Shown: one piece after another, positions 37,498-50,045 of the stretch
Layout: every line of letters begins with the position of its first letter
How positions within the stretch are numbered: the stretch's first letter is position 1
Assembly: GCF_004010195.1 (NCBI RefSeq)
Contig: NC_057720.1
Location: 16,787,657 to 16,851,656 of the forward strand
DNA length: 64,000 bases
From: Chiloscyllium plagiosum
Taxonomy: Eukaryota
Reading direction: 5' to 3'
Program-made: the position numbers and the translations under genes
Notes under the pieces: model-generated
The model's database searches: none
Told to the model about the DNA's origin: nothing
The model's input: only the letters and a program-made list of their open reading frames with translations

Positions 37498-37745
37498 TAA
37501 AAGTGAGGACTGCAGATGCTGGAAATCAAAGTTGAGATTAGAGTGGTGCTGGAAAAGCACAGTAGGTCAGGCAACATCCGAGGAGCAGGAAAATTGACAT
37601 TTCGGGCAAAAGCCCTTCATCAGGACTGAAGGTGTGAAGGACTGAACGCTTCAGTCCTGATGAAGGGCTTTTGCCCGAAACGTCGATTTTCTTACTCCTT
37701 GGATGCTGCCTGACCTGCTGTGCTTTTCCAGCACCACTCTAATCT
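37498..37745. mobile_element. Penelope-derived mini-element with about 97-bp inverted arms and a 17-nt spacer
   Basis: Arms 37535-37631 and 37649-37745; flanking duplication agaaaaatcca at 37481-37491 and 37746-37756. Confidence 0.9.
37653..37688 (+). ncRNA. Minimal type I hammerhead ribozyme motif with an intact core
   Basis: Stem I AGUC/GAUU; CUGAUGA; A; GGGC-UUUU-GCCC; GAAAC-GUC with predicted cleavage after 37684. Confidence 0.72.
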
Positions 37746-37771
37746 AGAAAAATCCATCAAGCACACTAATG

Positions 37772-40117
37772 ACAACAGGCAAGTGGGAGACTTTCATAAG
37801 TGAGGTATTGAGAGATCAGAGGCAGTATATTCCTTTTTGAGTGAAAGATAAGGCTGGTAGGAGAGGAGAACAATGGATGAATGGAAATATTGAAACTCTG
37901 ATCAAGAAAAAGAAGGAGGCATATGTTAGGTGTAGACAACTGGGAACAAGTGAATCTCTTGAAGAGTATAAAGGGAAGTAGGAGCATTCTTAAGAGAAAA
38001 ATCATGGGATATAAAGGGTATTAGATTACTTTACAGTGTGGAAACAGGCCCTTCGGCCCAACAAGTCCACACTGCCCCGCCAAAGCGCAAACCACCTATA
38101 CTCCTACATTTACCCCTTACCTAACACTACGGGCAATTTAGCATGGCCAATTCACCTGACCTGCACATCTTTGGACTGTGGAAGGAAACCGGAGCACCCG
38201 GAGGAAACCCACGCAGACACGGGGAGAATGTGCAAACTCCACACAGTCAGTCGCCTGAGTCGGGAATTGAACCCGGGTCTCTGGCGCTGTGAGGCAACAG
38301 TGCTAACCACTGTGCCACCGTGCCGCCCTCATGAGGTATATGAGATAGTCTGTGCAGATAAGGTTAAGGATAATCCAAAGGGATTCAACAAGTATATTAA
38401 GGGCAGCAGAGCAACTATAGAGAGAATAGAGCCCCTTAGATTTCAATGAGGTTTTCTACGTATGGAACCATAAGACATGGGAGAGTTACAAAAAAAAAAC
38501 TGGAGAAAGACATAGAGAAAGAGAACTTGGGGAAATAAATATTGATGTATTTTAAACTGTCTGCAAAACAGAAGAGGAGGTGCCAAAGCTCTTAAAAAAG
38601 CATAAAGATAGATAAATCTTCAGGATCTAATCAAGTGTATTGTTGGACATTGTGGGATGCTGGGGAAGCAATTGCAGGGTCCCTAGCAGAGATATGTATA
38701 TCATCTAGAGCCATGGGTTGGATGCTGGAAGACTAGAAGGTGGTGAATGTACCTTTATTTAGGAAAGAAGGAGCAAGGAGAGTCCTAGGGACTATAGACC
38801 GGTGAGTCTGATGTCAGTGGTGGGTAAGTTGTTGGTGGGGATTCTGAGAGACAGGATCTATATGAATTTGGAAAGACAAGGATCAATTAGGGATCATCAG
38901 CATGGCTTTGTGCATGGGAAATCGTGTCTCTCAAATTTGATTGACTTTTTTTGTGGATATGACCAAGAAGATAGATGAGGGCCGAGCAGTAGACATTGTC
39001 TACACAGACTTTAGTGAGATCTTTGACAAGATTCTGCACAGTAGAGCTTGTCAAGTGGATACAAAATTGGTTTGGCAGTAGGAGACAGAGGGTGGTAGTG
39101 GACAGTTGTTTTTCATACTGGAGGTCTGTGACCAGCAGTGTTCTGCAAGGATCAGCGCTGAGTCCACTATTGTTTGTCATTTATCTAAACAATTTGGATG
39201 AGAATATAGGAAGCATGGTTAGTAAGTTTGTGGATGACACCAAAATTGGTGGTATAGTAGACAGTGAGGAAGGTTATTTAAAAATACAAAGGGATCTTGA
39301 TCAGTTGGGCTGAGGAGTGGCAGTGGAGTTTAATTTAGATAAATGCGATGTGTTGCATTTTGGGAAGACAAACAAAGACAGGACTTACACAGCTAATGGT
39401 AGGGCCCTGGGAAGTGTTGTAGAACAGAGAGATCTCGGGGTGCAGGTACATAATTCCTTGAAAATGGAATTACAGGTAGACAGAGTGGTGAAGAGGGCAT
39501 TTGGTATGCTTGCCTATATTGATCAGTGCTTTGAATATAGGAGTTGGGACGTCATGTTGCAGCTGTACAGGACATCAGTGAGGCCACTTGTGGAGTCTTG
39601 TGTACAGTTCTGGTTGCCTTGCTATAGGAAGCATATTATTAAACTGGACAGGGTGCAGAAAAGATTTACAAGAGTATTACCGGGACTGGAGGGTTTGAGG
39701 AAGAGACTGGATAAGCTGGGACTTTTGTTCACTGGAGTGTAAGAAATTGAAGGGTGCCTTACAGAAGTTTATAACATCATGAAGGACGTAGATAAGGTGA
39801 ATAGCAAAGGTCTTTTCATGAGGGTTGGAGAGTTCAAAACAAGAGGGCATAATTTTAAGGTGAGTGGGGGAAAGATTTAAAAGAGACTGAGTAGCAACGT
39901 TTTCACACAGTGGTTTGCACTTGGAATGAATCACCGAGAAAGTGGTAGATGCAGATAGAATTAAAACCTTTAAAAGATGTTTGGATAGGTACATGATTAG
40001 AACAGGTTTAAAGGGATATGGAATAAATGCAGGTAAAAGGGACTAGTTTAGTTTGGGAAACATAGTCAGCATCGACAAGTTGGAGTAAATGATCTCTTCC
40101 CATGCTGTAATACTCTA
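37772..40117 (+). mobile_element. Degenerate 5'-truncated CR1
   Basis: LQGSALSPLLF..KFVDDTK and EFNLDKC motifs, 3' tail; flanking taatg duplication. Confidence 0.88.
38021..38328 (-). mobile_element. HE1-type SINE (young copy)
   Basis: Reverse complement is near-identical to 11638-11950. Confidence 0.93.
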
Positions 40118-40397
40118 TAATGTCCTTCAGGGAGGGAAATCTACCTAAATGTGCCTCCAGAGCTGCAGCAAAGTGGTTGATTCTTAATTGGCCTCTGAAA
40201 TGGCCTCGCAGGTCACTCAGTTGTATCAATTGCTTATGAAGTCTCAACAAAGACATGGAACTGGACAATCAGCTGGCAGCAACTTAGGCACTAGAAAAGA
40301 CAATGTAAGAAACAGTCCTGTCGACCCTGAAGGTTCCCCTTGCTAACATCTGGGAGATAGTGCCAAAATTGCGAGAGCTGTCTCATAGACTAGTCAA

Positions 40398-40582
40398 AAA
40401 GCGTGGCTCTGGAAAAGCACGGCAGGTCAGGCTGCATCCAAGGAGCAGGAGCATCTTCATCAAGGGCTTATGCCTGAAAGGTCAACTCTCCTGCTCCTTG
40501 GATGCTGTCTGACCTGCTGTGCTTTTCCTAGCGCCACACTTTTCGACTCTGATCTTTAGCATCTGCAGTCCTCACTTTCTCC
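40398..40582. mobile_element. Penelope-derived mini-element with a central deletion
   Basis: 20-bp TSD ctgtctcat(a/g)gactagtcaa at 40378-40397 and 40583-40602; residual gggcttatgcctgaaaggtc. Confidence 0.88.
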
Positions 40583-42019
40583 CTGTCTCATGGACTAGTC
40601 AAGCAACAGCCTGATATAGTCATACTCACAGAATCATGTCTGACAGACAATGAAATGACCCAGACACGGCCATCACATCCCTGGATATGACCTGTCTCAC
40701 TGCAGGACAGACCCAGCAGAGGTGGCAGCACAGTGTTATACAGTCAGGAGGAAGTTGCCCGGGAAGTCCTCAGCATTGACTCTGGACTCAATGAAGTCTC
40801 ATGGCTTCAGTGTTAAATATTGGCAAGCAAACCTCCTGCTGATTACCATGTATCTTTCACCCTCGGCTAATGAATCAGTACTCCTCCATGTTGAATGATA
40901 CTTGGAGGAAGCACTGATGATTGCAAGAGTGCAAATGTGGGTGGGAATTCTCTGGGTGGGGAATTTCAATGTCCAGTGATGGTAACACCATTGAATTTCA
41001 AGGGGTAGTGATTACATTGTCTCTGATTGGAAATGGTCATTGTTTGGTACATATGGTACAAATGTTATTTGCCACTTGTCAGCCCAAGCCTTGATATTGT
41101 CCATATCTTGTTACAATTGATCACGGACAACTTCAGTATCTGTGGAGTTGCAAATGGTGCTGTCATTGGCAAACATCTCCATTTCAGACTTTATGATGGA
41201 GGAAAGATCATTGATGGAGTAGCTGAAGATGGTTAGGACATGACCTTAATGAACCCCTGCAGAGACATTCTGGAACTGTGGTGACTGACCTCCAACAACC
41301 TCAACCATCTTCCTATGCGCTAGGTAGATTGCAACCAATAGAGATTTAGCCCCAATCTCTATTGATTCCAAGTTTGCTTGGGATTCTTGATGCCACACTC
41401 AGTTGAATGCAACCTTGATGTCAAGGGCTGTCAATTTCACCTCACCTCTGGAATTCAGCTCTTTTGTCCATGGTTGAACCAAGGCAGTAATGAGGTTAGG
41501 AGCTGACTGGCCCTGGCAGAACGCAAACTGAGCATCACTGAGCAGATTATTGCTGAGTGTAGCTCCAACAATGTTTTTTAAAAATTGGCACCATTCAGGA
41601 CAAAATAAATCACTTGATTGGCAGCACACCACAAGCATCCTCTCCATCCATCACCGATGTTCAGCAGCAGCAATGTGTATTACCTACAACTTGCACTGCA
41701 GAAATTCATAATACCTTGCAAACCCATGACCATATCCATCCAGAAAGTCAAAGGCAGTAGATACATGGGAACACCACCATCTGCAAGTTCCTTTCCAAAC
41801 CACTCACCATCCTGACTTGGAAATATATCGTCGTTCCTTCACTCAAACTAGGTCATAATTCTGGAATTCCAGTACCAACCCTGTGAACTCCCCAACAAAC
41901 CTTCCTTCAGCCTAAAAAAAACATTTATTAACCATTACCTCCTGTTCCACTGCTCATTCAATTTTGTATCCACATTGCTTCCATGATGTAAAGTTTTCTT
42001 GCATGTCTGTTGTGTGAAC

Positions 42020-43810
42020 ATTAGAATATAAGAAACCAGAGGAGAAGTAAGTCCTGTGATCTGTTGAGCCTGCTATACTATTTAATAAGATTATGGCTGA
42101 TCTTTTTGTGGACTCAGCTCCACTTACCCATCTGCTCACCATAACCCTTAATCCCCTTACTGTTCAAAAATCTATCTACTTTTGCTTTAAATATATTCAA
42201 TGAGGTAGCCTCAACTATTTCATTGGGCAGGGAAGTCCATAGTTTCAGAATCCCTTGGGTGGAGAAGTTCCTCCTCAATTCAGTTCTAAATCGACCCCCT
42301 CTTATTTTGAGAATATGCCCCCTGGTTCTAGTTTCACCTGCCAGTGGGAATAACCTCCCTGCATCTATCTTATTTATTTCCTTCAAAATGTTATGTGTGT
42401 CTCTAAGATCCCACTCCATTCTTCTAAATTCCAATGAGTATAGTCCCAGTGTACTCAATCACTCCTCAAAAGCCAACCCTTTCACTGCTGCAATCAACCA
42501 ATTGTTTTGAATGCTGTGAGCATTCAGGTAAAGTAGTCATGCTAGTATACATAATTGCTTTTTGAATCTTAGCATCCCCACCAGAAGAAGCTTTGTTTTC
42601 AAACATTCTCACTTTTTCTGTCAGTACCTGGTTTCCACTCACCTTAGTGCTACACTGCTCAGCTGCTGCTTGCTTTTTATTTACCACCTTGATTATATTT
42701 TTCCTTATGCCCTCATCCACTCTAGCTAACTCAGAGCCTCTCCTTGGGTTCCTATTCTAATAACAGGCTTATGCCCGAAACATCAATTCTCCTGCTCCTC
42801 GGGTGCTGCTTGACCTGCTGTGCTTTTTCAGTGCCAAGCTTTTTGACTCCCATTCCCCTGCCAAGCTAGTTTAAAGTCCACCCAATAGAGCTAGCAAAAC
42901 CACCCACAAAATATTGGTCCCCATCACTGTTTGGGTGAAGACAGTCCCTTTTGAAGAGGTCGCACTTTTCCCAGATGTGGACGGGTATCAAATGCCTTTT
43001 TACAATCCTTGTAAATATTGCTCTCATTGACATTTCTGTTACCTCTTCAAAAAACTCCAGGAAGTTAGTTAAGCACAATTTCTGTTAGAAATCCATGCTG
43101 ATTCTAATTAAGCAAACCATCTTTTACATATGACTTCTATCGGAAATGATAGTTCCAAGAAGCTTCCCCATTGCTAAAGTTAAACTGATGTCTGTATTTA
43201 TGGGTTTTAATCTTAAAACCTTGTTTGAACAATAGCGTGATGTTTGAAAGTCCCCATTCTTCTGGTACCTTGTGCTATGCTGAACCTTATGAAACAACTA
43301 ATTTGGCCTCAACTGAGATATTATCCAATTTTAGATGCAACACTTTAGAAAGGATAGGAAAGTTTTTGAGTGTGTGCAGCAAAGCCTTTAGGAATGTATT
43401 CAGAGATGAAGGTCCAGTCATTTGGATACATTGGTTGTTCTCCTCAGTGAATAGAAGATTTGAGGAGATCTGTTTGAGGGTGTTCAAAATCACAAATAAT
43501 TTCTGCAAAATATATGGGGAGAAACTATATTTGTTGACAGATGAGTTGAGCACTAGAGGACACCAACTCAAGGTAATTGGCAAAAGAGGCAATGGCAATA
43601 TATGCATTCAATTATTGGCATCTGGAATGCACTGCATGAGAATGTGAAGCAAGTAATTCAGCCATGGTGTTTGAAAGGCAATTGGACGAATACCCAAATG
43701 AGAGAAGATGAACAGGGCTACGAGAAAATGATGAGGGAGTAGGATCACCTAAATTTCTGCTGCATGCTGAACTGAATGTCCTCCTTCTGTGCTGAAACCA
43801 TTCTAGCTTT
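42020..43810. mobile_element. Cluster of old CR1 fragments (42020-42500 minus, 42700-43280 minus, 43290-43810 plus) with a half mini-element at 42766-42849
   Basis: LGLYSLEFRR, DCLHPN, CLTNFLEFFEEVT, TRGHQLK; ggcttatgcccgaaacatc. Confidence 0.7.
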
Positions 43811-43917
43811 CTATAATAGTCTGTAGTCATGTCTCCCCATGGTCAATTGACATTTTTATAATTATAAAAAGCTGTCCCATGGTTTTACTAACATTTCCTC
43901 TGATTCAATTATAACAG

Positions 43918-43965
43918 GTTCCCTTTAGAAGGAAAGGTAAAAACAAATGAAATGAAAGTAAATTG
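43918..43965 (+). CDS. HFM1: HFM1 coding exon, 48 nt ((R)FPLEGKVKTNEMKVN(C))
   Basis: Branch-like ctaac plus ataacag acceptor, donor TG|gtaaga. Matches HFM1 RFPMEGRIKTREMKVNC; phase 2 to 2. Confidence 0.92.
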
Positions 43966-45695
43966 GTAAGACAGCCTAAAATTATGTTTACTTTATGAGC
44001 AACTTTAATCATATTGTTTAGATATAAATGTTCACAATCTATTAAATCACTTACTTGAATTCAAAATTGCCATATCTACAGTCTTAAAAATGACCAGTTT
44101 AGGCTTTCAGTTTAAAGTTGTCAGTTGACAACATAAGATTTGGAACAAACTGGCAACTTGTGTCAATGCTTATAGGCAGTCAGAGGATATATTATGGTGG
44201 ATTTAATTCATGGCAATTTCTTGGTGAACTGTCAATTTAGTTTCCCATCTTCCGTGGCAGACTGAAATCTGGATGTGACAGCCAGTGGCTTGATCTAACC
44301 AGATACAAGGCAGCTTATTGAGCTACAATATCACTGGAAGCTGTATGCACCACAACTGTAGCTTCTTATGCATCTGCAGAACAGGGAGGCGATTAGTTGC
44401 AACGAAAGCTAACCATATATCCAAAACTTAGATTTCTGATCTCTTAACTACAATCCTTATCATGAAAAAATACCTGAAAAGAAATATTTTCAAAATGCTC
44501 ATGGGTCCAAAATCCAAGTGAGTTTTTTTTCCACTAGCTGAAAGTCCTACTAACCCTCAAATAAATTCCCAGCCATGTCTGCTCTGAGACAATATCCTTT
44601 TTTGTAATTGATTTGTTTCCACTGTCAGCATACCCCACCCTATTCTATCCCCTATTACATTGACTCCTTTGTCCTGCACTGTCCCATCCCCAACAAGAAA
44701 TGGTGACCACATGTTTTAGCCCACTTTATGGCCCTTTGGATGTACCTTATCTAAATATCAATTCTCAATTTTTGCTTTGTATTTTCAGCACTTTATGTAT
44801 GCAATTTCTGACATTGTCAGCATTTCTCATTGCAACACCATTCTTTGAAATGCCAGATCTGATTTTTGTATTTTTTTGTTGAATTCCTGCCAAATTCAAT
44901 AATTTTATTCATTACCAGGTATATAATAAGGCTAATTTCTTAATGAAGCAATCTCATTGAAAGTACTCAAACAAGGATCAACCCTATAAATTTATCTGTT
45001 AATGATTTATCCTTGTAATGGTGTACCAAATCAAAATGTGTAATAAATCTGTATTTATTTGTTCTTTGATGGAACTTTAATTTTTGATTCTTTGCATTTC
45101 AAAAACAAAACAGTCCACTGTGCTTCCAGAGCTTCACTCCTATGAGCCAAGCATAAGAGTCAATGCAAAGGCATAAGAGTCAATGCAGGCAGCCCATGAA
45201 TAATTGTTCCTATAATTTTTCCACCAAGAACATCAAGAGACATCTCGCCTTTACTCATAGTCTGGTTTAGTTCTAAAGGGGTGTGTACCTCAATTCTTTG
45301 CAATTCGATATTGGGTGATTAATGATGTAACTTTGACTTAGAAATGAGCAGTGGGAAAGACACTTAAATTCTCACGAAACAACAAAAGCATCAAATTTCT
45401 TTACCTAGTTACAAAAGTATGAAAGAAATAAAACGTTCATTAACCTAATGATTAATTGGTTTAAACAAAATCTATAATGTTGATATTATACTTGATGAGA
45501 CTTGAAATATTCTTTCAATGAGGAACCAATAGTGGATTATTCATACAAAATTACAAAAACACTTTTAAGTTGGTTTTATAAATGATACTGGCTTTATAAA
45601 TAATACTGGCTTTATAAATGAAATAAGTCAAGGCTGCACATAATCACAATCAACAGTGGTTTCTATCAAATTCAATTCATCTTTATTAAATAGAA

Positions 45696-45790
45696 ATTCC
45701 ACCACCTGCCATGGTGGGATTTGAACCTTGGTCCCCAGAACATTAGCTGACTTTCTGGATTAATAGTCTAGCAATAATACCACAAGGCTT
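45696..45790 (-). mobile_element. tRNA-like head of a Deu-type SINE
   Basis: Reverse complement has B box ggttcaaatccc and matches 46810-46880. Confidence 0.7.
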
Positions 45791-46578
45791 TGCGGCAAAT
45801 GCATCGAAGTCCAAAGCATGGCAGCAGTTGGGGCCAGCAGGAATCTGTAAATTCAAGAACCATATACTTACTGAATAAATTATTAAAATCTCCCATTCAG
45901 TCAGCAACGTATTCTAGTGAAAACAGAATGCTGCAAATGCTAAAGATATGGAATAAAAATAAATGGGTGGAAAAACGAAATGTAAACAAATTAAAATTAG
46001 ATTATTGTCACATATATTCAAGTACGCAAGTATAGGAGTACAGTGAAAAGTGTACAAAGTCACCATTTCCAGCACCATCTCAGCTACAAAATTTTCAGTA
46101 CAAAGTAGAAAAAGGAAAGAAATAAGTTAAAAGTTCAATATTGCAATCCTTCTCAGTATGAAATAGAAAAATATAGAAAACTATTAAAAGTTCAACAATA
46201 CGATCCTTCTAAAGCCATGTGTCTGCAATCGGTCCACGCTGGGCTTTCTTCATGAGGGCTCGCTCTCCCCAGCACTGGGCTGAGTCTATCCACCGAATGT
46301 CATTCAGGCGTGCCATCTGCATCACCCGCAAACAACATCCCGGTTTGCAAACAGCCTCACCACCTATCACCATCCAGGGTCGCCATCCACTTTGCCAGTG
46401 AATGACGTCTGGGCTTGCCAGCCGCTTTTTCACCAACCATAATTCGTGCTCGCCACCTACCTTGTAGCTGACCGCCAACAAATTTGTCAGCTTCTCCTCC
46501 ACTGACCATCAAAGTCTTTCTGGCCCAGCTCCTGCCATGCTTTAGACTCCAGACTCAGATGTCGACACTGCCACTGTG

Positions 46579-47133
46579 AAGGCAATGCCCTCCTGGTACA
46601 GTTCGTCCTGCTATAACACGTGTTCTGTTAATGCGAATTTGCTGTAATCCGATTGACGAATTGGGGACACTGTTTCTATAGCGTGAACTTTTAAAACATG
46701 TGTTGGCTGTAATGCAATCACATTGTCAACACTGTTTCTAAAGTGAGATTTTTCTATAATGTGGGGTTGCACAAGAACGCAACCATCACGTTTTGGGAAA
46801 TATCTGTATTATTGATGGACTATTAATCCAGAGCCTCAGCTAATGGTCTGGGGACCCGGCTTCGAATCCCACCATGGCAGACAATGGAATTTGAATTTGA
46901 TACAGCCGAATTTGATTGAATTTGAATGATGACCATGAAACCATTGATGATTTTCAGAAAATCCCATCTGGTTCACGAATGTCCTTTATGGAAGGAAATC
47001 TGTCAACCTGGTCTGGCCTACATGTGACTCCAGACCCACAGCAATGTGGTTGACACTTAACTGGGCAACTATTGTTGGGCAGTAAATGCTGGCCTAGCCA
47101 GAGAAGCCCACATCTTGTGAGTGAATAAAAAAA
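46579..47133 (+). mobile_element. tRNA-derived Deu-domain SINE (SacSINE1-like) with a LINE-derived tail; A box disrupted by a MITE
   Basis: ttcgaatccc B box; core gaccatgaaaccattg...tgactccagacccacagcaatgtggttgac; gtgaataaaaaaa end. Confidence 0.75.
46599..46806. mobile_element. Tc1/mariner-pogo-type MITE
   Basis: TA-CAG...CTG-TA ends with decayed TIRs; removing it restores the SINE head. Confidence 0.65.
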
Positions 47134-47301
47134 TCTCTGCAGGTCTTGCAATATTTACAGAAAAAGAAACTGAATTTGAGTTCAGTGACTTCTTTAGAGC
47201 GCATGGTGTACATTGTTATTGTTTGACTATTATACTTTTATCCTTTTAAAATGCCATTTTTTTATTTCTACTGTGTATAGAATATGCTTCCTCTTTTACA
47301 G

Positions 47302-47399
47302 CCTAATTCAAGCCCAACTAGGATGCATTCCAGTTCAAGAATTTACATTGACTCAAGACATAGCCAAGATTTTTAAGTGTGGTGTGAGAGTTACGAAAT
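47302..47399 (+). CDS. HFM1: HFM1 coding exon (LIQAQLGCIPVQEFTLTQDIAKIFKCGVRVTK), Sec63 region
   Basis: Acceptor cttcctcttttacag, donor T|gtatgt. Contains the LIQAQLGCIP motif of HFM1; phase 2 to 1. Confidence 0.95.
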
Positions 47400-47579
47400 G
47401 TATGTAAAAATGAAATATTACTTTCAGCACTACATGGCATTTCTCCTACTAGCTGAATGAATAGAGATTAAACACAAAAATATTGGAATTTCATATCATT
47501 AAGCAGAAAAAGTAATTAGTAAAACTGATGTTATACAAAATATAATGAAAATGTACAAGTTAGTGATGACTTTTAAATA

Positions 47580-47721
47580 CTTAAAAATGTATTGCTGGAA
47601 AAGCACAGCAGGTCAGGCAGCATCAAAGGAATAGAAGAATCGACGTTTCGGGCATAAGCCCTTTCCAGCAGCACATTTTTAAGCTCTGATCTCCAGTATG
47701 TGCAGCCCTTACTTTCTCCTA
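47580..47721. mobile_element. Penelope-derived mini-element (deleted palindrome)
   Basis: Perfect 15-bp TSD gatgacttttaaata at 47565-47579 and 47722-47736; minus-strand gggcttatgcccgaaacgtc lacking CUGA. Confidence 0.88.
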
Positions 47722-47953
47722 GATGACTTTTAAATAGCAATCTTTTAAACTAGGTCATTTTTCTTCATTGAATAAGTTCATTTACTAGCTCTAAACGACT
47801 GTCCAGTGTAAGTAAAAATTAGATATTCAAAATGAAAAATAAATTTCTTTTCTGCATTCTTGCAACTGACAGTATTATGGTTGATAGGATTTTAAGTTTA
47901 TCAGAAGGGAACTTTGTCTTCTAATTCAATCTTCTGTAATATTTAATCAATAG

Positions 47954-48088
47954 GCCTTTCGGAATTGCTTATGCAACAAGAAAAACAGAACTTTATGGCA
48001 CTATTGAATGCAGTGATCTTAGCCAAATGTTTTAGGGCTAAACTTTGGGAGAACTCTACATATGTCTCCAGACAACTTGAGAAGATTG
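47954..48088 (+). CDS. HFM1: HFM1 coding exon (CLSELLMQQEKQNFMALLNAVILAKCFRAKLWENSTYVSRQLEKIG)
   Basis: Acceptor tcaatag, donor G|gtaaga. Contains the AKCFR.KLWENS..VS.QLEKIG motif; phase 1 to 1. Confidence 0.95.
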
Positions 48089-48169
48089 GTAAGAGTATCA
48101 GTACTTCAACTCTTTTTAGGATGGCTATTTGATATTCTTCTTTTGATGATTTATAGTATGTATTTCATA

Positions 48170-50045
48170 GGGGGAGACAATGGCATGGTGGTAATTAATG
48201 AGGGATGAACAATTAAATGCCAGCAACACCAACATCCTGTGAACAAATAAAAATAAGATATCCCTGGACTGGAAATCCATATATATAGGCTAAAGACTGG
48301 TCTCATAGGTTTGAATCTTACCATTACAGTTAGTGGAATTTAAATGCAAATAATTAATAAGTTAAAAATTCTTTAAATTTGTAATTGACAACTAGACCCA
48401 GTAATCTTGACAATGAAATTATCATAAATTGTCATAAATGCCCATCTAGTTGGCTAACAACAATGTTGTCCAGACCCACAGTAATGCAGTTAACACTTAA
48501 CTGCTCCCTGAAACAACCTTGGAAACCATTCAGTTGTACAAAACAGCTGGAAAAAATGTCAAAAGAAACAAAGACCATGGGGTGTTCTCTCAAGTTGAGA
48601 AGGACAATCCTTTATGGTAACCTCAGCCAGTGATAGGAATTGAACGTATGCTGTTAGCCACACACTGCTTAGCAAACCACCCATCCAGCCAACTCTGTAA
48701 CCTTACCACCGAGCATACCCCTCACTCTATCATTGCCATCAGACCAAGGGGTTTAATGAAGAAGCAGTAAAGCATGCCAGGAGTAGCACCAGGTGAAGTT
48801 TCAACACAGAATTCTTTCCATGCCAAAAAGCAGAAGCATGTGCAATAAAAAGAGCTAAGTGATCCCAAAACCAAAGGACCAGACCTAAGCTCCACGGTCC
48901 TGCCATACCAATTTGGAAAATGGTGAATATTAAACAATTGACAGGCAGAGGAGACTCCAATATATCCCATTCTCAATGATGAGGGATCCCAGAACATCGA
49001 TATAAGAATCAAAGCTGAAGCAATTGCACCTATCTTCAATGAGAAATCAAAGATGCCAGTTTTTAGCCAGTTGGATTTATTTCATGAGACATCAAGAAAC
49101 ACTGGACACTGGATACTAATAAGGATGTAAACTTTGAGAATATCCTAACATAATATTAAAGATTTATGTTGAGAATTAGCCACACCATAGCAGAACTGTT
49201 CCAATATCGCTACAATACTGATATTTACTTGACAATGTAGAAAACTCCTCAGCAAAAATGCAGAACAAAAATTTATCCAACTCATTATTGCTTTCCATTA
49301 GTCTGTTCTTGATCATTGGTCAAGTGATGAAAAGTGTTATTGAGAGACCTATGTAGTGCGCTCCCATAGTAATAGCCTATTCACCGATGCTCATTTGGGA
49401 TCTGCCAGAGTCACTGTGCTCTCGACCTCATTACTGCCTTGTTTTGTCCAAACATGAGCAAACATCAAGCTGAAGTGAGAGAGTGAGAATGATTTATTTT
49501 ATAACAAAGAGCAAATATGGCATCAAGGATTCCTAGCAATATTCAGGTTAATGGAATCTAGAAGATTCTTTACTGGGAGTTATGTCCAGCCCTGCGTTTG
49601 TGGTATTGTAGGCCCAACCAACTTCAGCTGTTTCATCAGTGATCTTCCCACCAACATAAGGTCGGAAGTGGAGGTTTTCATTGTTAATTGCACAATATTC
49701 CATTCCATTCACAGTTACTCAGATACTGAAATTCTCCATGTCCATATAGCAAGACTTGACAACATTCAGCATGATCTGATAATTGGTAACCACCATTTGT
49801 GCCACACATTGCCAATCAATGACCATAACCAACCACAGAGAATGTAACCATCTCCCCATGACATTCAATGATATGACATCACAGAATCCCTAGTTATTAA
49901 CATCCTGGTAGTTACCACTGATCAGAAACCAAACTGGAGCAGTATATAGATTCTGTGGCTATAAGAGAAGGTCAGAGGCTGGGAATTGTGCAACAAGTAA
50001 CTCACCACCTAACCAAAGACCCTGTCCACCTTTTACAAGGCACAA
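48170..50045 (+). mobile_element. Old Deu-type SINE remnant plus a decayed LINE RT of the associated family
   Basis: cccatctagttggctaac, ccagacccacagtaatg; GPTNFSCFISDLP remnant. Confidence 0.55.

Larger units (their letters stand above)
37346..41870 (+). mobile_element. tRNA/Deu-domain SINE-like head (37346-37771 plus 40118-40230) continuing into a LINE endonuclease (40340-40975), an inverted RT segment (40980-41558) and a C-terminal piece; interrupted by CR1 and mini-elements
   Basis: Head halves rejoin at taatg; ANIWEIVPKLRELSHRLVKQQPDIVILTES; minus-strand LSDAQF..LTALDIKVAF. Confidence 0.65.

Noticed and set aside
43934..43942. Internal donor-like AAG|GTAAAA (also ATG|GTAAAT near 54006) suggesting micro-exons
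   Set aside because: HFM1 homology continues to the downstream donors, which preserve frame and length
45151..45187. 17-bp direct repeat gcataagagtcaatgca (and atactggctttataaat twice near 45585-45620)
   Set aside because: Simple local slippage duplications with two units only; not a CRISPR-like array
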